DNA of 64,000 nucleotides from Lytechinus pictus (taxonomy: Eukaryota). The notes below the pieces were generated by a model. It was given only the letters and a program-made list of their open reading frames with translations, had not been told where the DNA came from and did no database searches. The DNA is taken from assembly GCF_037042905.1 (NCBI RefSeq), contig NC_087252.1, positions 22,756,001-22,820,000 on the forward strand, read 5' to 3'. This document shows positions 38,777-52,000 of this stretch, one piece after another (positions within the stretch are counted from its first letter, which is position 1; every line of letters begins with the position of its first letter). A program made the position numbers and the translations under genes.

Positions 38777-39004
38777 TTCCGAGACCACGTCCAGCTTCTT
38801 GGCGAATTCCTCACCGTAGTAGACCAGTAGTTCCGTTCCAGGCTCGATGGGCTTGCAGGTGTGATAGTAGATCTCTCCAAGGTGCTGGAAGGCCACCAGA
38901 TTCTGCTCTGCCAAGTTACGGGCGCAGTTGACAAAGCGAAGCCAGTTTCCCTTCCTCTCGTCCTTGCCATCGATGCAATGAATTACTTTGCCCTGGACGC
39001 ATAT
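38752..39004 (-). CDS. PRDM9-like: PR/SET domain C-terminal exon (ICVQGKVIHCIDGKDERKGNWLRFVNCARNLAEQNLVAFQHLGEIYYHTCKPIEPGTELLVYYGEEFAKKL...)
   Basis: PR-domain signatures NWLRFVNCAR, EQNLVAFQ and ELLVYY; acceptor tttcag, donor gtaagt at 38751; 253 nt, phase 0-1. Confidence 0.93.
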
Positions 39005-39706
39005 CTGAAAGTTCACAAAAGCAACATAATACTAAACTAGAGTTTCGCGATTGCTATATTCAGAGAATATAAGCCAGTGGGTTGCACTCCGGCATCAATA
39101 TTAGCCTATGAAAAGGGGTTGAAGTAGCTTGTTCTTGTGAGCCAATCAGACAAGATATGCAAATGAGGTGAGGTCATTAACAAGTATATATTCTTTAATA
39201 ACTTTGCATGGGTAATACTTGTACCCGGCACTACATACATACCAAGCGGCATCGAAATCTAACTATGGAATGGGGTTGAAGTTCCCCTTTATCCTTATGA
39301 ACCAATCAGAAGAAATATGCAAATTAGGTCATTAACATGCACATATTCCATCATCACTTTGCATGGGTAACACTTGTACCTGACAATACCAACATCGAAA
39401 ATCAGAGTTTGCTTTCTTGTTCAGGTTCACCTTTTTTGGGGTGAATCGGTTGACGAGAAACATCCATCCATACATCCTAGCCAAAACCAAGCGTGCCTTC
39501 TAGCATGCTGGGTAGCTAACAACAACAACAAAAAAACACGAGTGTCGCTAAGGCGAGCACATAATACGCCCGCCTGTAACGAGGAAAATTGAGATATTGG
39601 TCAAGCAAGAAAAGTGGTAGGTGGCGACTGCACCTTTGACCTTCTGACCTCAAAATCAAGAAGCTTCCTGGGATCCATGCTAGTATCATACACACCATAT
39701 GATTTG

Positions 39707-40908
39707 TAGTAGACTTGTTAAGAGGTTGAACGCTGCATTTTTTAGTACAAATGTCCCACTTGGCACAAATGTTCCTTGAGTCAAAAGAAAAATTTTCATC
39801 CAAAGAGACACGCTGTATCTATGCAAATAAGCAAGTAATTTGCATAAATTTGCATATTATGTCGATATAGTAAAAACAAGTATTTCAGAATATACATTTA
39901 ACCAGAACTGCCCTAAAATTGGACATAAAGACTTAGGGTAGGAAAGGGAAGAAAATTGTCATAAAATAATTGGGATATCCTTGTTTATTATTACCTAATT
40001 TACATAAATTATGCAAATTATAATTTAAAACAGAGTATTTTTTCATGAATCCTGAACTGTTTTATAAAAAACAGCAACTAATACACAATGTCAACATTCT
40101 ACATGAAAGAGAATATATTAGCGAAAACATCGATATGCTTCATGACAGTATTAGTGTCTTAATTTGCTTAGAAAGAGGGCAAATATGTCCAAATGTATGA
40201 CGTGATATTGCGCTAAAACGAGACCAAAACAATCTCTATGTCACAGTCACACTCACGAATCGGACAATAAAGCGATCAATGGTATGTCATTCGAGATAAC
40301 ACAATCTCAACACAATAGCTTCCATCGGCTTCTCGTATCGCTTTTGTTGGTGTGTCTGCCACACCACAATCTATGATACATACGGACAAAATGCATTTCG
40401 GTATCGGTAAAACACTATTAATTTTGTTTTATTTGTTTCTAATTTGTTTCTCTTGGAAAATTTACAGGAGACATTGCTTTGCAGGTTACTGCTTTAATGA
40501 AACTCTGGCACATGAATCATGACGAATGTATCCTACCTAATCCATATTTTAACTTTATTAAAATATATATCTTTTTGGAGACCCCGAGGTGGCAAAACTG
40601 CATCCCCCTGCATTCCCGCCACTTTACAAAACCAGTTTGACTTGTATAATCGACTTGGAAAAGACAGATGTATGAGACATCAGTCAACATACTTCCTGAA
40701 GAAAGTTTTTTTTTGCTTATTTAAGCCTACGCTCACGGGAGCCCTCCGAATTTACCGCATCCCCTCTCCGTATTTCGACTTTAAATAAAAAAAACCATCG
40801 GCAAGGCAAATTGCGTTTTTTGGTATAATAAAGCAACTTTTATATCTATATTTTTATATTTACATTCATCATTATTGATATTATTATAATTATTATTATT
40901 ATTATTAC

Positions 40909-40939
<31 letters not shown>

Positions 40940-43256
40940 GTTCTTCCATTTGTAATAGTGCTCTAGCACAGTAAAGGCTATAACCCAACAAGAGCATGCC
41001 TATAGGATACCCTCTCCCTTTTTGGTTTTATGTATTCAAAAATAGTTTATTGTCTTTAGAACTCTTAAAAGATTACTTTTGTTTGTATTGATATCTTGGA
41101 ATAGATTGAGGAGAAATTACTCTACAACTGACATGTAGAGGAGCTGTGGTACATTGAAGAACAGCCACACAGCCCTTTATTGATTCCACTCTATGTTAAA
41201 TTTAAATATTTTTATAGCCCAATCGGAAGAAAGATGCATTTCTACTACACAAAGTTAAGCCTCTTTGCATTCTCCTCTTAAAAAAAAAACAAGTGGAATG
41301 CCTCTGGCCGTCTCACCTGCATCACGCGATTCAATATAGCAGCAGTGCTGATTTTTAAAACTACTATAACTCGCACAAGATGTTCAGTGATACTTGGTTA
41401 CTGTTATTTCCACGTTTTATGAACTAGACCAATACACTTTAGAGATATGATGGCGATTCAACAAATACCCCCAACGTGGCCAAAGTTCTTTGACCTTACA
41501 TGACCTTTGACCTTGATCATGTGACCTGAAACTCGCACAGGATGTTCAGTGATACTTGATTACTATTATGTCCAAGTTTTATGAACTAGACCAACACACT
41601 TTCAAATTTATGGCTGTAATTCAACAAATACCCCAATTTGGCCAAAGTTCATTGACCCTAAATGACCTTTGACCTTGATCATGTGACCTGAAACTTGCAC
41701 AGGATGTTCAGTAATACTTGATTACTATTATGTCCAAGTTTCATGAATCAGATCCATAAACTTTCAAAGTTATGATGGTAATTCAACAGATACCCCCAAT
41801 TCGGCCAAAGTTCATTGACCCTAAATGACCTTTGACCTTGGTCATGTGATGTGAAACTCATGCAGGATGTTCAGTGATACTTGATTAACCTTATGTATAA
41901 GTTTCATGAACTAGGTCCATATATTTTCTAAGTTATGATGACATTTCAAAAACTTAACCTTAGGTTAAGATTTTGATGTTGATTCCCCCAACATGGTCTA
42001 AGTTCATTGACCCTAAATGACCTTTGACCTTGGTCATGTGACATGAAACTCAGGTAGGATGTTAAGTAATACTTGATTAACCTTATGGCCAAGTTTCATG
42101 AACTAGGTCCATATACTTTCTAAGTTATGCTGTCATTTCAAAAAATTAACCTCAGGTTAAGATTTGGTGTTGACGCCGCCGCCGCCGCCGCCGCCGTCGC
42201 CGCCGCCGTCGGAAAAGCGGCGCCTATAGTCTCACTCTGCTATGCAGGTGAGACAAAAACATAGAAGGCATTGTTTTATATCTCATACTAGTAAAATAAG
42301 TTCGTGTACGTGACGGTGGCCTGTCGAAGTTGCCCAACCGTTTATTTTGTTTCGACAATATATATTTAGAATATCGTCTAAATGAAACCCTCATCTGGAA
42401 AAGGGCACTTATTAAAGGCAGCATCTACATTATATAGAGGAGGCCCTGGCACTGGGAAGAGGGGGCTGAAGCTTGTTAAATTTCTTCGGACCAAGATTTT
42501 ACATTGAAACTTTTTTGCTTTTCAAATTTACATCAAGAAATTTAACAAGCAAATAAACAAAATTGATTGCACTACAAAATGAAGGGTTTTTTTTTGGTAA
42601 TGTTTCTTTTTTTTCGTTTTGTCACATCTGCCGGAATTCCAGGGGGTGCTGTCTATGGAGAATAACACACGCAGCACAGCCCCCCCCCCCCCTTTAGAAA
42701 AATATTGTGGGTGCTTCACCTCCTCTATATAATGTAGATGCTGCCTTTAATAAGTGCCCTTTTCCAGATGAGGGCTTCATTTAGACGATATTCTAAATAT
42801 ATATTGTCAAAACAAAATAAAGGGTTGGGCAACTTCGACAGGCCACCGTCATGTACACGAACTTATTTTATGCGATATAAAACAATGCCTTCTATGTTTT
42901 TTTTTCAAGAGGAGAAAGTAAAGAGGCTTTACTGTGTGTAGTAGAAATGTATCTTTCTTCCGAATGGACTCTAAAAATATTTAAATTCAATATAGAGTGG
43001 AATCAATAAAGGGGTATTTTAGAGCTTACGTGTGGCTTTTCTTCAATGTACCACAGCTCTTTTACATGTCAATTGTAGAGTATTTTCACCTCAATCTATT
43101 CCAAGATATGAGTTCTAAAGACAATAAACTATTTTTGAATACATAAAACCAAAAGGGGAAAGGGTATCCTAGGCATGCTCCTGTTGGGTTATAGCCTTTA
43201 CTGTGCTAGAGCATTATTACAAACTGCAAAACAACAACAATAATAATAATGATAAC

Positions 43257-43287
<31 letters not shown>

Positions 43288-44498
43288 TTAATGATAATAA
43301 TAATATTAATATAGATAAATATGAAATATAGATATAAAAGTTGCTTTATTAAACCAAAAACGCAATTTGCCTTGCCGGTGGCTTTAAAACGCGATGTTTT
43401 TTTTTATTTAGTGTCGAAATACAGAGAGGGGATGGGGTAAATTCGGAGGGCTCCCATGGACGTAGGCTTAAATAAAAAATAACAAAACTATCTTCTGGAA
43501 ACATGTTAACTGATGTCTCATATATCTGTCTTTTCCAAGTCGATGATACAAGTCAAACTGGTTTTGTAAAGTAGCGGAAATGCCGCGGTGAATGCAGTTT
43601 TGCCACTTCGGGGTCTCCAAAAGATATATATTTTAACAAAGTTAAAATATGGATTGAGGTGGGGTACATTTGTCATGATTCATGTGCCAGAGCTTCATTA
43701 AAGCAGTAACCTGCAAAGCAATGTCTCCTGTAAATTTTCCAAGAGAAACAAATTAGAAACAAATAAAACAAAATTAATAGTGTTTTACCGATACCGAAAT
43801 GCATTTTGCCCGTATATACCATAGATTACGGTGTGGCAGACACACCAACAAAAGCGATACGAGAAGCCGATGGAAGCTATTGTGTTGAGATTGTGTTATC
43901 TCGAATGACATACCATTGATCGCTTTATTGTCCGATTTGTGAGTGTGACTGTGACATAGAGGTTGTTTTGGTCTCGTTTTAGCGCAATATCACGTCATAC
44001 ATTTGGACATATTTGCCCTCTTTCTAAGCAAATTAAGACACTAATACTGTCATGAAGCATATCGATGTTTTCGCTAATATATTCTCTTTCATGTAGAATG
44101 TTGACATTGTGTATTAGTTGCTGTTTTTTATAAAACAGTTCAGGATTCATGAAAAAATACTCTGTTTTAAATTATAATTTGCATAATTTATGTAAATTAG
44201 GTAATAATAAACAAGGATATCCCAATTATTTTATGACAATTTTCTTCCCTTTCCTACCCTAAGTCTTTATGTCAAATTTTAGGGCAGTTCTGGTTAAAAA
44301 TATATTCTGAAATACTTGTTTTTACTATATCGACATAATATGCAAATTTATGCAAATTACTTGCTTATTTGCATAGATACAGCGTGTCTCTTTGGATGAA
44401 TCCTTTTCTTTTGACTCAAGGAACATTTGTGCCAAGTGGGACATTTGTACTAAAAAATGCAGCGTTCACCCCTTTTTTTGCAGTTAACAAGTCTACTA
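39707..44498. mobile_element. 4.8-kb foldback DNA transposon with ~1.75-kb inverted arms, TAG..CTA termini and TTG target duplication (Academ-like hallmarks)
   Basis: ttg|tagtagacttgttaa ... ttaacaagtctacta|ttg; arms 39707-42443 (with insert) and 42719-44498; removal restores the host repeat unit gatttgagcctaaag. Confidence 0.9.
41289..42254 (+). mobile_element. HINE-like element, family 1 (acaagtggaatgcctctggc...gcaggtgagac), inserted in the foldback left arm
   Basis: Subterminal IR gtctcacctgcat / atgcaggtgagac, ~160-bp tandem units rich in tgacctttgacct, (GCC)n plus 3' stem-loop; inserted in an A-run that is uninterrupted in the right arm. Confidence 0.85.
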
Positions 44499-45071
44499 TT
44501 GAGCCTAAAGTTAAACTGAAGTTATTGCGTTTACAAGGACTGCAGAAGGGCAGAATGAAAACATGTCACTGTTGACCTAGACCTTTGACCTTTTGACCTC
44601 AAAATCAAGAAGCTTCCTGGGATCCATGCTAGTATCATACACACCAAATTATATGAGCCTAAGTTAAGTTAAACTGAAGTTATTGCGTTTACAAGACTGC
44701 AGAAGGGTAATATGAAAACATGACACCATGACCTTGACCATTTGACCTATTGAACTCAAAATCAAAAGGCTTCCTGGAATCCATCCTAGTATCATATTTA
44801 CCAAATTATATGAGCCTAGGTTTATTTAAACTGAAGTTGTCGCATTTATAAGGACTACAAAAGGGTAAGATGAAAACATGTCACTGTGACCTTGACCTTT
44901 TGACCTCAAAATTAATAGGCTTCCTGGGATCCATGCTAGTGTCATACACACCAAATGATATGAGCCTAAAGTTAAACTGAAGTTATCGCATTTACAAGGA
45001 CTGCAGAAGGGCAAAATGAAAACATGTCACTGTGACCTTGACCTTTGACCTCAAAATCAAGAGGCTTCCTG

Positions 45072-46305
45072 GGGTGGTATTCTGAAAACGTTCTTATCTT
45101 TGTTCTTATCTTTTATCTTATCTCATTGAGATAAGAAGACGCTAAAATCATTGCAAATCAGTATTCTGAAAATCTTCTTAACGCGTTCTTATCTTTGTAA
45201 GGACTGCCTCCTTCTTATCTTCAACACGCCCATTTTTAGGATATTACCAATCAAAATGCGCTTTATATTGGCAGTTTAACCAATAGAGGCGTCCCTTATG
45301 TCAAGAGAATATCATGGGCGCTGCGCGTACACGGTTTCTGGCGCATTGCGCGAAATAGGCAATTTATACGCAATGACTGATTATTTCGAGACACATGCAT
45401 ACAATAAAGAAAGTAAAGAAAAAAGTAAATAAAGCAGGTACGAATAAGGAATAAAATATGAAGAAAAGAAAGTAGGTAAGTAAGAAGACAGAAAAGTGTC
45501 CAAATGAAGCATAAATTTAAAAAAAGATGAAAGGAACAAAGCAGAAAGTAATGAAAGAAATAAAGAGTAAACGAAAGTAAGCAAGCAAAAAAAACTACTT
45601 AGAAATAAAAAAATAAAGAAAGAAAAAAAAATGAATACAAGAAGGAAAAAGAAATAGAACGATTATCAATGATAAAGTGAGGAAGAAAAAATAAAGAAAG
45701 AAAGGAAAGAACCTTGAAGGAAAAAAAGTAAAAGGACAAAATAAAAAAATTAAGAAAGGATAAAATGAAGTAATAAAGAACCGAAAAGAAAAAAAGTTAT
45801 AAAAAAACGAATGAAAGACAGTTAGAAAGAAAGAAAAAGAGAAAATAAATAAATAAAGAAAAAAGGGATAGAAAAAAGAGACGGGCAAAATAAAGGATGA
45901 ATGAAAGAAAGGGTGGGAGGAATACTTGTGGGTACTTCTTACTTCTAGTGACCATCGAGTTTGAGCAAGAAAGAACGCGGACATCGTGAGATGTGATAAC
46001 CCTCTAGCTATCTTAAATATTATCATAAATATCGTGAAAGATAAGAAAGAGAAAAGATAAGAACGTTTTCAGAATACCACTTATCTTCATTTTGTTCTTA
46101 TCTTTTTAGCGCGCTTTTGTATTATATGCGCGAGTAATACATTTACGCACTCAGCATAGGATGTTTAGCAAGATAAGAAAAAGATAAGAACAAAAGATAA
46201 GAAAAAGATAAGAACGTTTTCAGAATACCAATTTGAGATCGTGACGTAGATAAGAACAAAATTAAGATAAGAACGAAGATAATAAGTATTTTCAGAATAC
46301 TGCCC
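45072..46305. mobile_element. ~1.2-kb MITE with GGG termini and CTG target duplication (Harbinger-like), with ttcttatc/gataagaa subrepeats and A-rich core
   Basis: ctg|gggtggtattctgaaaa ... ttttcagaatactgccc|ctg interrupts the host unit cttcctggaatcc. Confidence 0.8.
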
Positions 46306-47761
46306 CTGGAATCCATGCTAATATCATACACACCAAATGACATGAGCCTAGGTTAAGTTAAACTGAAGTTATCGCATTTACAAGGAAAAGTTAACGGACG
46401 GATGGATGGACGGACGGACACCGAACGTGATACCATTATAGGGCGTATAAAAAAAAATTATACAATGCTTTACAACTTTTATTAAAAAAGCACTTAATGC
46501 TATTTTCTTGGCTATAGCACAGCTATCCTCATCAGATTTGTAAGTCAGTTTTTACAATAATTTTATCAGTAATCAGTTTATCAATCAGATTATGCTCAAG
46601 CATACAAGGAATTCCTTCCTACGGGGTACCCATTCACTACACCTGGGTGGAGAGTGGCAAATGTAGATAAACGCCTTGTGAGAGGACAGGAGTAAGTACT
46701 GCAGAGGGAGTTGAACCCTGGACTTTGTGGTTCAAAGTATCTCTTCTTCTTCTCTGACCAATAACTTCTGTCTCTCATAAGGAAAGCTGGGTTATATCAG
46801 TTACTTCTTAAAATTTCATTGGAAAACAAATATTTTAAACAATTATTCAGAAAGGTAGCTAGCTGTCTTTGGAAAAAGGGTTACTTTTCTAAAGTAAATA
46901 TTGATAAGAAAGGACGTTCTAAAATCCCTTTCCATAGCTATCGGTCATTTGGCTAACAATGTGGTTTTTTCTCTCTCTCTCTGAATATGTAAAAGGAACT
47001 ACATGTACCTTTCAGAACCAAACTCATTCAATATCAAAATGTACATAATATCAACTTGTAAACATGATTAATCCATCAAAATAAAGTATTGATATCTTTA
47101 AGGATCCATGTGTTTCTAGGCCCACACCCCTTCGTTGGACCACATCATTCCAAAAGGAGGAGTGTATTTCAAACCTACATGTATCTCTCAGGCATGTAAC
47201 CGGCATTGATGCAAATGATCTTTCCTGCATTTTCTCCAAAACTGCACCTCTCTTGTGCTCCTCATCCCCCATCTATTCCCCCTATCCCAATTCCTAATAG
47301 ATATAGCCCCCCTCAAAATGTTTATATTAGTATTAGTCCCAGTACCCCTAGGCCCTCCCCCAAATTTTTTTATTAACAATGATAATCATTTAAACCAAAA
47401 GAGGGTTCCCAACTATGGAGGAGGAAAAGGACCTCAGTGGAGGGATCCTGAAAAATCATCGAATTAGGTCATTTTACATTTTTTCCAGAAATATTTGTAA
47501 TCAGGGGTAGTTTACAAATTCTCCCAGAATAAACCTAAAATCGTGGAGAAAATTTTGAAAGCAGTCCTTCAAAGCACAGGTCTGTGGCAAATAAAACCTT
47601 TGATTTGCTGTGTTCTATTCCAAAAACCTGTGACAGGGGGTAAAAAACCTAATTCATTTTCTTCCTTAAAGGGGGAGGGGGTATCTCTAAGAATCTTGAA
47701 CAAGCATGCTAATGATTAACCCCCATCCCCCTCTCTTTGATGTAAGATTCAATAGACCTAC

Positions 47762-48027
47762 CTCCCAAGCATATCCGCTCCAGTAGCCGGCATCGTTGCT
47801 CACGATCTCCCCGGCGTAGGGACCAAACCGCACCCCTTTGGGTATGTGCTTTTCGGCCCACACCCCTTCCCCGCACCCCTCCACTCCAGAGTGTGAGATA
47901 GAGAGGAAGTCCGGGAGGGTTAATCTGGCCCGGTTCTCGCACTCCGCAGGTACGGGTTTGTCTTCGATGACGGTGAAGGGGTGCAGCGGGCACTCCCCTT
48001 CGTAACGTTCCTTGCATTCCTCACAGT
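47762..48027 (-). CDS. PRDM9-like: Zinc-knuckle plus PR/SET N-terminal exon ((Y)CEECKERYEGECPLHP...GVWAEKHIPKGVRFGPYAG...SGYAWE)
   Basis: PRDM9-type CxxC..C..H knuckle and FGPY motif; acceptor tttttttcag, donor gtaggt; 266 nt, phase 1-0. Confidence 0.92.
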
Positions 48028-49917
48028 CTGAAAAAAAGAAGAAGACAAGAACAAATTCAAAATAGAGAATATGTATAGATAGACATGTATTTTTTTTTTA
48101 ATGGAGAAATGGAAACTGGATCCAAACATTTCTGAATATCTAAAGATGATTTTGCTCAAAGGTAGCAATAAAGTGCATTCCCCATTAAGAGGATGTGGTC
48201 ATCTAAAGAAAACAATAATAGCAATCTTGAAACAAGCCTGGGAGATTAAAGATTCTGATTCTCTCCTTGAAATTCAGAACGGTTTGGCATCCTGTGTATC
48301 TATTTAAAACAAGGCATTAGCTGAAACGTTAATTCTTCTAAAATGCCAAAATAAACCCTTGAAAATATACATGTAAAACAATACTAAATATAAAAACTAA
48401 ACTGTAAAGTGCATAAATATGGTTAAGACTTTTCATTTTACAACAAAAAGAGGGATAAGGGAATTCAAAAACCTTTTTCCAACAAGTAATCAAGCGACAA
48501 GTACAACAAAAAAGTATTCCTGATCATCATTAAAGAAAGAATAAAAACTTTATATTCCATATACCAGAACAGTCTTTGATTCTGTCTTTCACGAATACAC
48601 AGAGCAGTAAGAAAAAAAAAGAGATTATTGAAGCAATTTAATAAAGTGATTAAAATGAGAAAGAAACAAACAAAATCTGAGAATTCTACAGTAAAAGTAA
48701 TGTTTATACCCTCAGATAAAAAATAAAAGCAACGCAAATGTACAATAAAGCACAAGATAGTTGTGTGAAATAAACTTGTGAAGTCTTGTTAATAGTTACA
48801 AATTTGCAACAAAGAAAGGAAAAAGCCAGTCAGGAAAAATGCATGCAAGCAGCACAAATAAAAAAAGAAAAGGGTCATTAATGGTGCAAGTCCCAAAGAG
48901 TCTTTTAATAGACTATATCAAAATTTCATCAAGTAAATATGTCAAGAGAAATAAGTTGATTTCTGAGGAATATGGAGATCAACATTCCAGATGCAAAGTC
49001 TACAGTGAATGCATCCCTAAATTACATTCACTTTTATAAAATATATAATTTCACTTCTATCTTTATATAGCTCAGTGTCCTCACTAAAATATTTACAATG
49101 GCAAAATTTTCCAAGCCCTTGAATTATCAGAAACTTCTGCAAGGGGTCAAGTCTATTAAAAACACATCAAGAAAATTACCCATTATTTCTTGAGTTCTCG
49201 ACACCAGGACGGCAACGGCAGCGATATGACTGGACAGAACACTAACCAGCATACAAACTAAACAATTCTCGAAAGAGCTACCAAAACGTTACCATCTCTC
49301 TTGCTGACTATACGTTCATAAATGGCTGCACATGGCTGCACTTGGCCAGCATGGGTGAGTGAAACTATAGTAGTTTGAGCACTATTATTGTAATAAACCA
49401 CAATAGGTCTGTTTACACCTCTCCGTTCATGAAAATACCTGTAAATTATATGAACTTGAAGGCCTAAAAGTGTTTCACACTTTTTTCTGTCTAAACCAGA
49501 TAAACTTCTAGTAGCAGAGTAGCAAAGAGAAGGGAGCTACTGAAGAAGACATGAAAGGAGCAAGAAGTGGAGGAGGGATGGGTTGAGGTAGGAGGATGCA
49601 TGCACTTAATAAAGTAAAGTGGAGGGATGGTTTTGAGGTTTATGTGAGTGCGAGGTAAATCTGGCCAACCCAGACCCTCTTTCTTCGACCCTTTTATTTA
49701 TTTTGGGAGCAATTTTTACAATAATATCTTCCGAGTAGTGGATTCAAATGTGCACTGCTTTTTAAAACAAAAGATAATTTATGCAACGACATAGCAATAC
49801 ACCTGGCTCATAGGATAATCCAATTAAAGTGCATAGTACATGTACGTATTTGGACTCTCCCCCACCCTTTCCAGAATATGGACACCACAATTAATAATTC
49901 TATCAAGCTTAGTTCAT

Positions 49918-50360
49918 TCCCGGCGGCGGGGGGTACTCGAATTATAAGATGATACCTATGTGCCGCGCCAACTCTACAATAGGGGGCTCCGGAACTAAAT
50001 CTTGGTCTTAAAATTAGGGTCTCCAAAGCAGCTCTTGGATCAACGATTGCTAAAAATGCAATGCTCTGGAACCGACCACATCAAGAACGGGGTCTCTGGA
50101 ACTCATTAGATCGTAGGCGTAATCGGTAGCGGCTATGTAATGATTCATATCGGCCGGCGCAAGCTAGCTGCAGGCGCGGGGAGCTTCGGCGGGCCGACAT
50201 AAGGGCTCCACGATGATCGAGCTCGCCGCTCTGACCGGCTGAGTAGATCATGACGGGCGCTATCTGGAGCGAGTTATTACAAATTTGAGGGTCTCCAGAA
50301 GGGGGAAAAAGGCATGGCACATACGTATCATACACTAACACTGAGTACCCCCCTCCCCCG
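49918..50360. mobile_element. Non-autonomous element with CCCGG..GGGGGGTACTC / GAGTACCCCC ends (EnSpm/CACTA-like)
   Basis: Inverted ends ggggggtactc..atgatac.tatgtgcc / ggcacatacgtatcat..gagtaccccc; internal ggggctccgga / ggtctc repeats. Confidence 0.6.
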
Positions 50361-50461
50361 TTCATCACTAGCAAACAATATATCCTCTTACTCTAGATCA
50401 AAATAGGTCTTGTCATTAGGGTTTTTCACAATGCAAATTTCTCTAGGACTATGAGATAGGA

Positions 50462-51621
50462 AACAAGTGGAATGCCTCTGGCGGTCTCACCTGCATCACG
50501 CAATTCAATATAGCAGCAGTGCTGACTTTGAAAACTACTATAAAATAATTATTCACAAAAAACATCATTCGTATAATGATACAATACTACGTTCATTGAC
50601 CTTTGACCTTGATCATGTGACCTAAAACTTGTCAGTGAAACTTGATTACCCCTATATCCACAGTTTATACTATAAACTTTGAAAGTTATGACAGCAATCT
50701 TATAATTACCTCTAAAATGGCAAAAGTTAAATGACCTTAAATGACCTTTGACTTTGGTCATGTGACCTGAAACTCGGACGAAATGTTCAAAGATACTTGA
50801 TTACTCTTTATGTCCAAGTTTCATGAATCAGATCCATAAACTTTCAAAGTTATGATGGTAATTCAACAGATACCCCCCCCCCACATGGGCAAAGTTCATT
50901 GACCTTTGATCTTGGTCATGTGACCTGAAATTTGCACAGGATGTTCAGTGATACTTGAATATGTCCATGCTTTATGAACTAGACCAATAAACTTTCAAAG
51001 TTATGATGGTAAATTCAACAAATACCCCCAACTTGGCCAAAGTTCATTTGACCTTAAATGACTTTTGATCTTAATCATGTGACCTGAAACTTGCACAGAA
51101 TGTTCAGTGATACTTGATTACTCTTATGTCCAAGTTTCATGAATCAGATCCATAAACTTTTAAAGTTATGATAGTATCAACAGATACCCCCAATTTGGCC
51201 AAAGTTCATTGACCCTAAATGACATTTGACCTTGGTCATGTGACGTGAAACTCAAGCAGAGTGTTCAGTAATACTTGATTAACCTTATGTCCAAGTTTCA
51301 TGAACTACGTCCATATATTTTCTAAGTAATGATGACAATTCAAAAACTTAACCTTAGGTTAAGATTTTGATGTTGATTCTCCCAACATGGTCTAAGTTCA
51401 TTGACCCTAAATGACCTTTGACCTTGGTCATGTGACCTGAAACTCAGGCAGGATGTTCAGTAATACTTGATTAACCTTATGGCCAAGTTTCATGAACTAG
51501 GTCCATAGACTTTCTAAGTTATATTGTCATTTCAAAAACTTAACCTTCGGTTTAGATTTGGTGTTGACGCCGCCGTCGGAAAAGCCGCGCCTATAGTCTC
51601 ACTCTGCTATGCAGGTGAGAC
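50462..51621 (+). mobile_element. HINE-like family 1 copy
   Basis: Same ends and ~160-bp tandem units as 41289-42254. Confidence 0.85.
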
Positions 51622-51699
51622 AAAAACACCATTATTAAAGTTCTCATCATTTTTATATGTACTTTGCCGGTATTTAATAATAACAATAATATGCAACAT

Positions 51700-52000
51700 T
51701 TATAAAGTGCTTAATAAATGTTTCTAAGCACTGCATACTATTACCCTGGCTTACTAATCGGGTGCTTTGAGCATTCAAGGAATTCCTTCCTACCGGCAGT
51801 GGCGGACCGTGACCCGGAGGAGACAAAGCATTGGAGGGGCACAGCATTGTTCACAAAGAATACAGTGCCCCTCCAACCATTTGTCTCCTTCGGGTCATGG
51901 TCACTGCCTACCGGGTACCAGGACGCTAGTGCTGCGGTGGGATTTGAACCCCGGACCTTGTGGTTCAAAATCCGAAGACTTATCCACTGAGCCACAACAC
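51700..52000 (-). mobile_element. tRNA-derived SINE, internally deleted, interrupted by a hAT-like MITE
   Basis: Minus strand A box tggctcagtgg and B box ggttcaaatcc at ~51995-51940; core ggtacccggtaggaaggaattcc. Confidence 0.7.
51797..51906. mobile_element. 110-bp hairpin MITE, hAT-like
   Basis: 8-bp TSD cctaccgg (51789-51796 and 51907-51914), CAGT..ACTG termini, near-palindromic body. Confidence 0.85.

Larger units (their letters stand above)
39536..46449 (+). mobile_element. Helentron-associated (HINE-like) element, family 2, split by two nested insertions
   Basis: Subterminal inverted motif atacgccc (~39565) / gggcgtat (46441); ~150-bp internal tandem units (gacctcaaaatcaa..cttcctgggatccatgctag); (GGAY)n microsatellite ~46396-46418; flanked by A-runs. 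Confidence 0.7.

Noticed and set aside
42224..42941. Pair of similar divergent ORFs (MLPLISALFQMR...) on opposite strands
   Set aside because: Consequence of the foldback arms; indels differ between copies and there is no domain signal
45381..46343. Phe/Leu-rich minus-strand ORFs resembling membrane proteins
   Set aside because: Low-complexity A-rich core and gataagaa repeats of a MITE
51925..52000. tRNA gene
   Set aside because: Has A/B boxes but continues into SINE core and tail sequence, with no convincing acceptor stem; a SINE head
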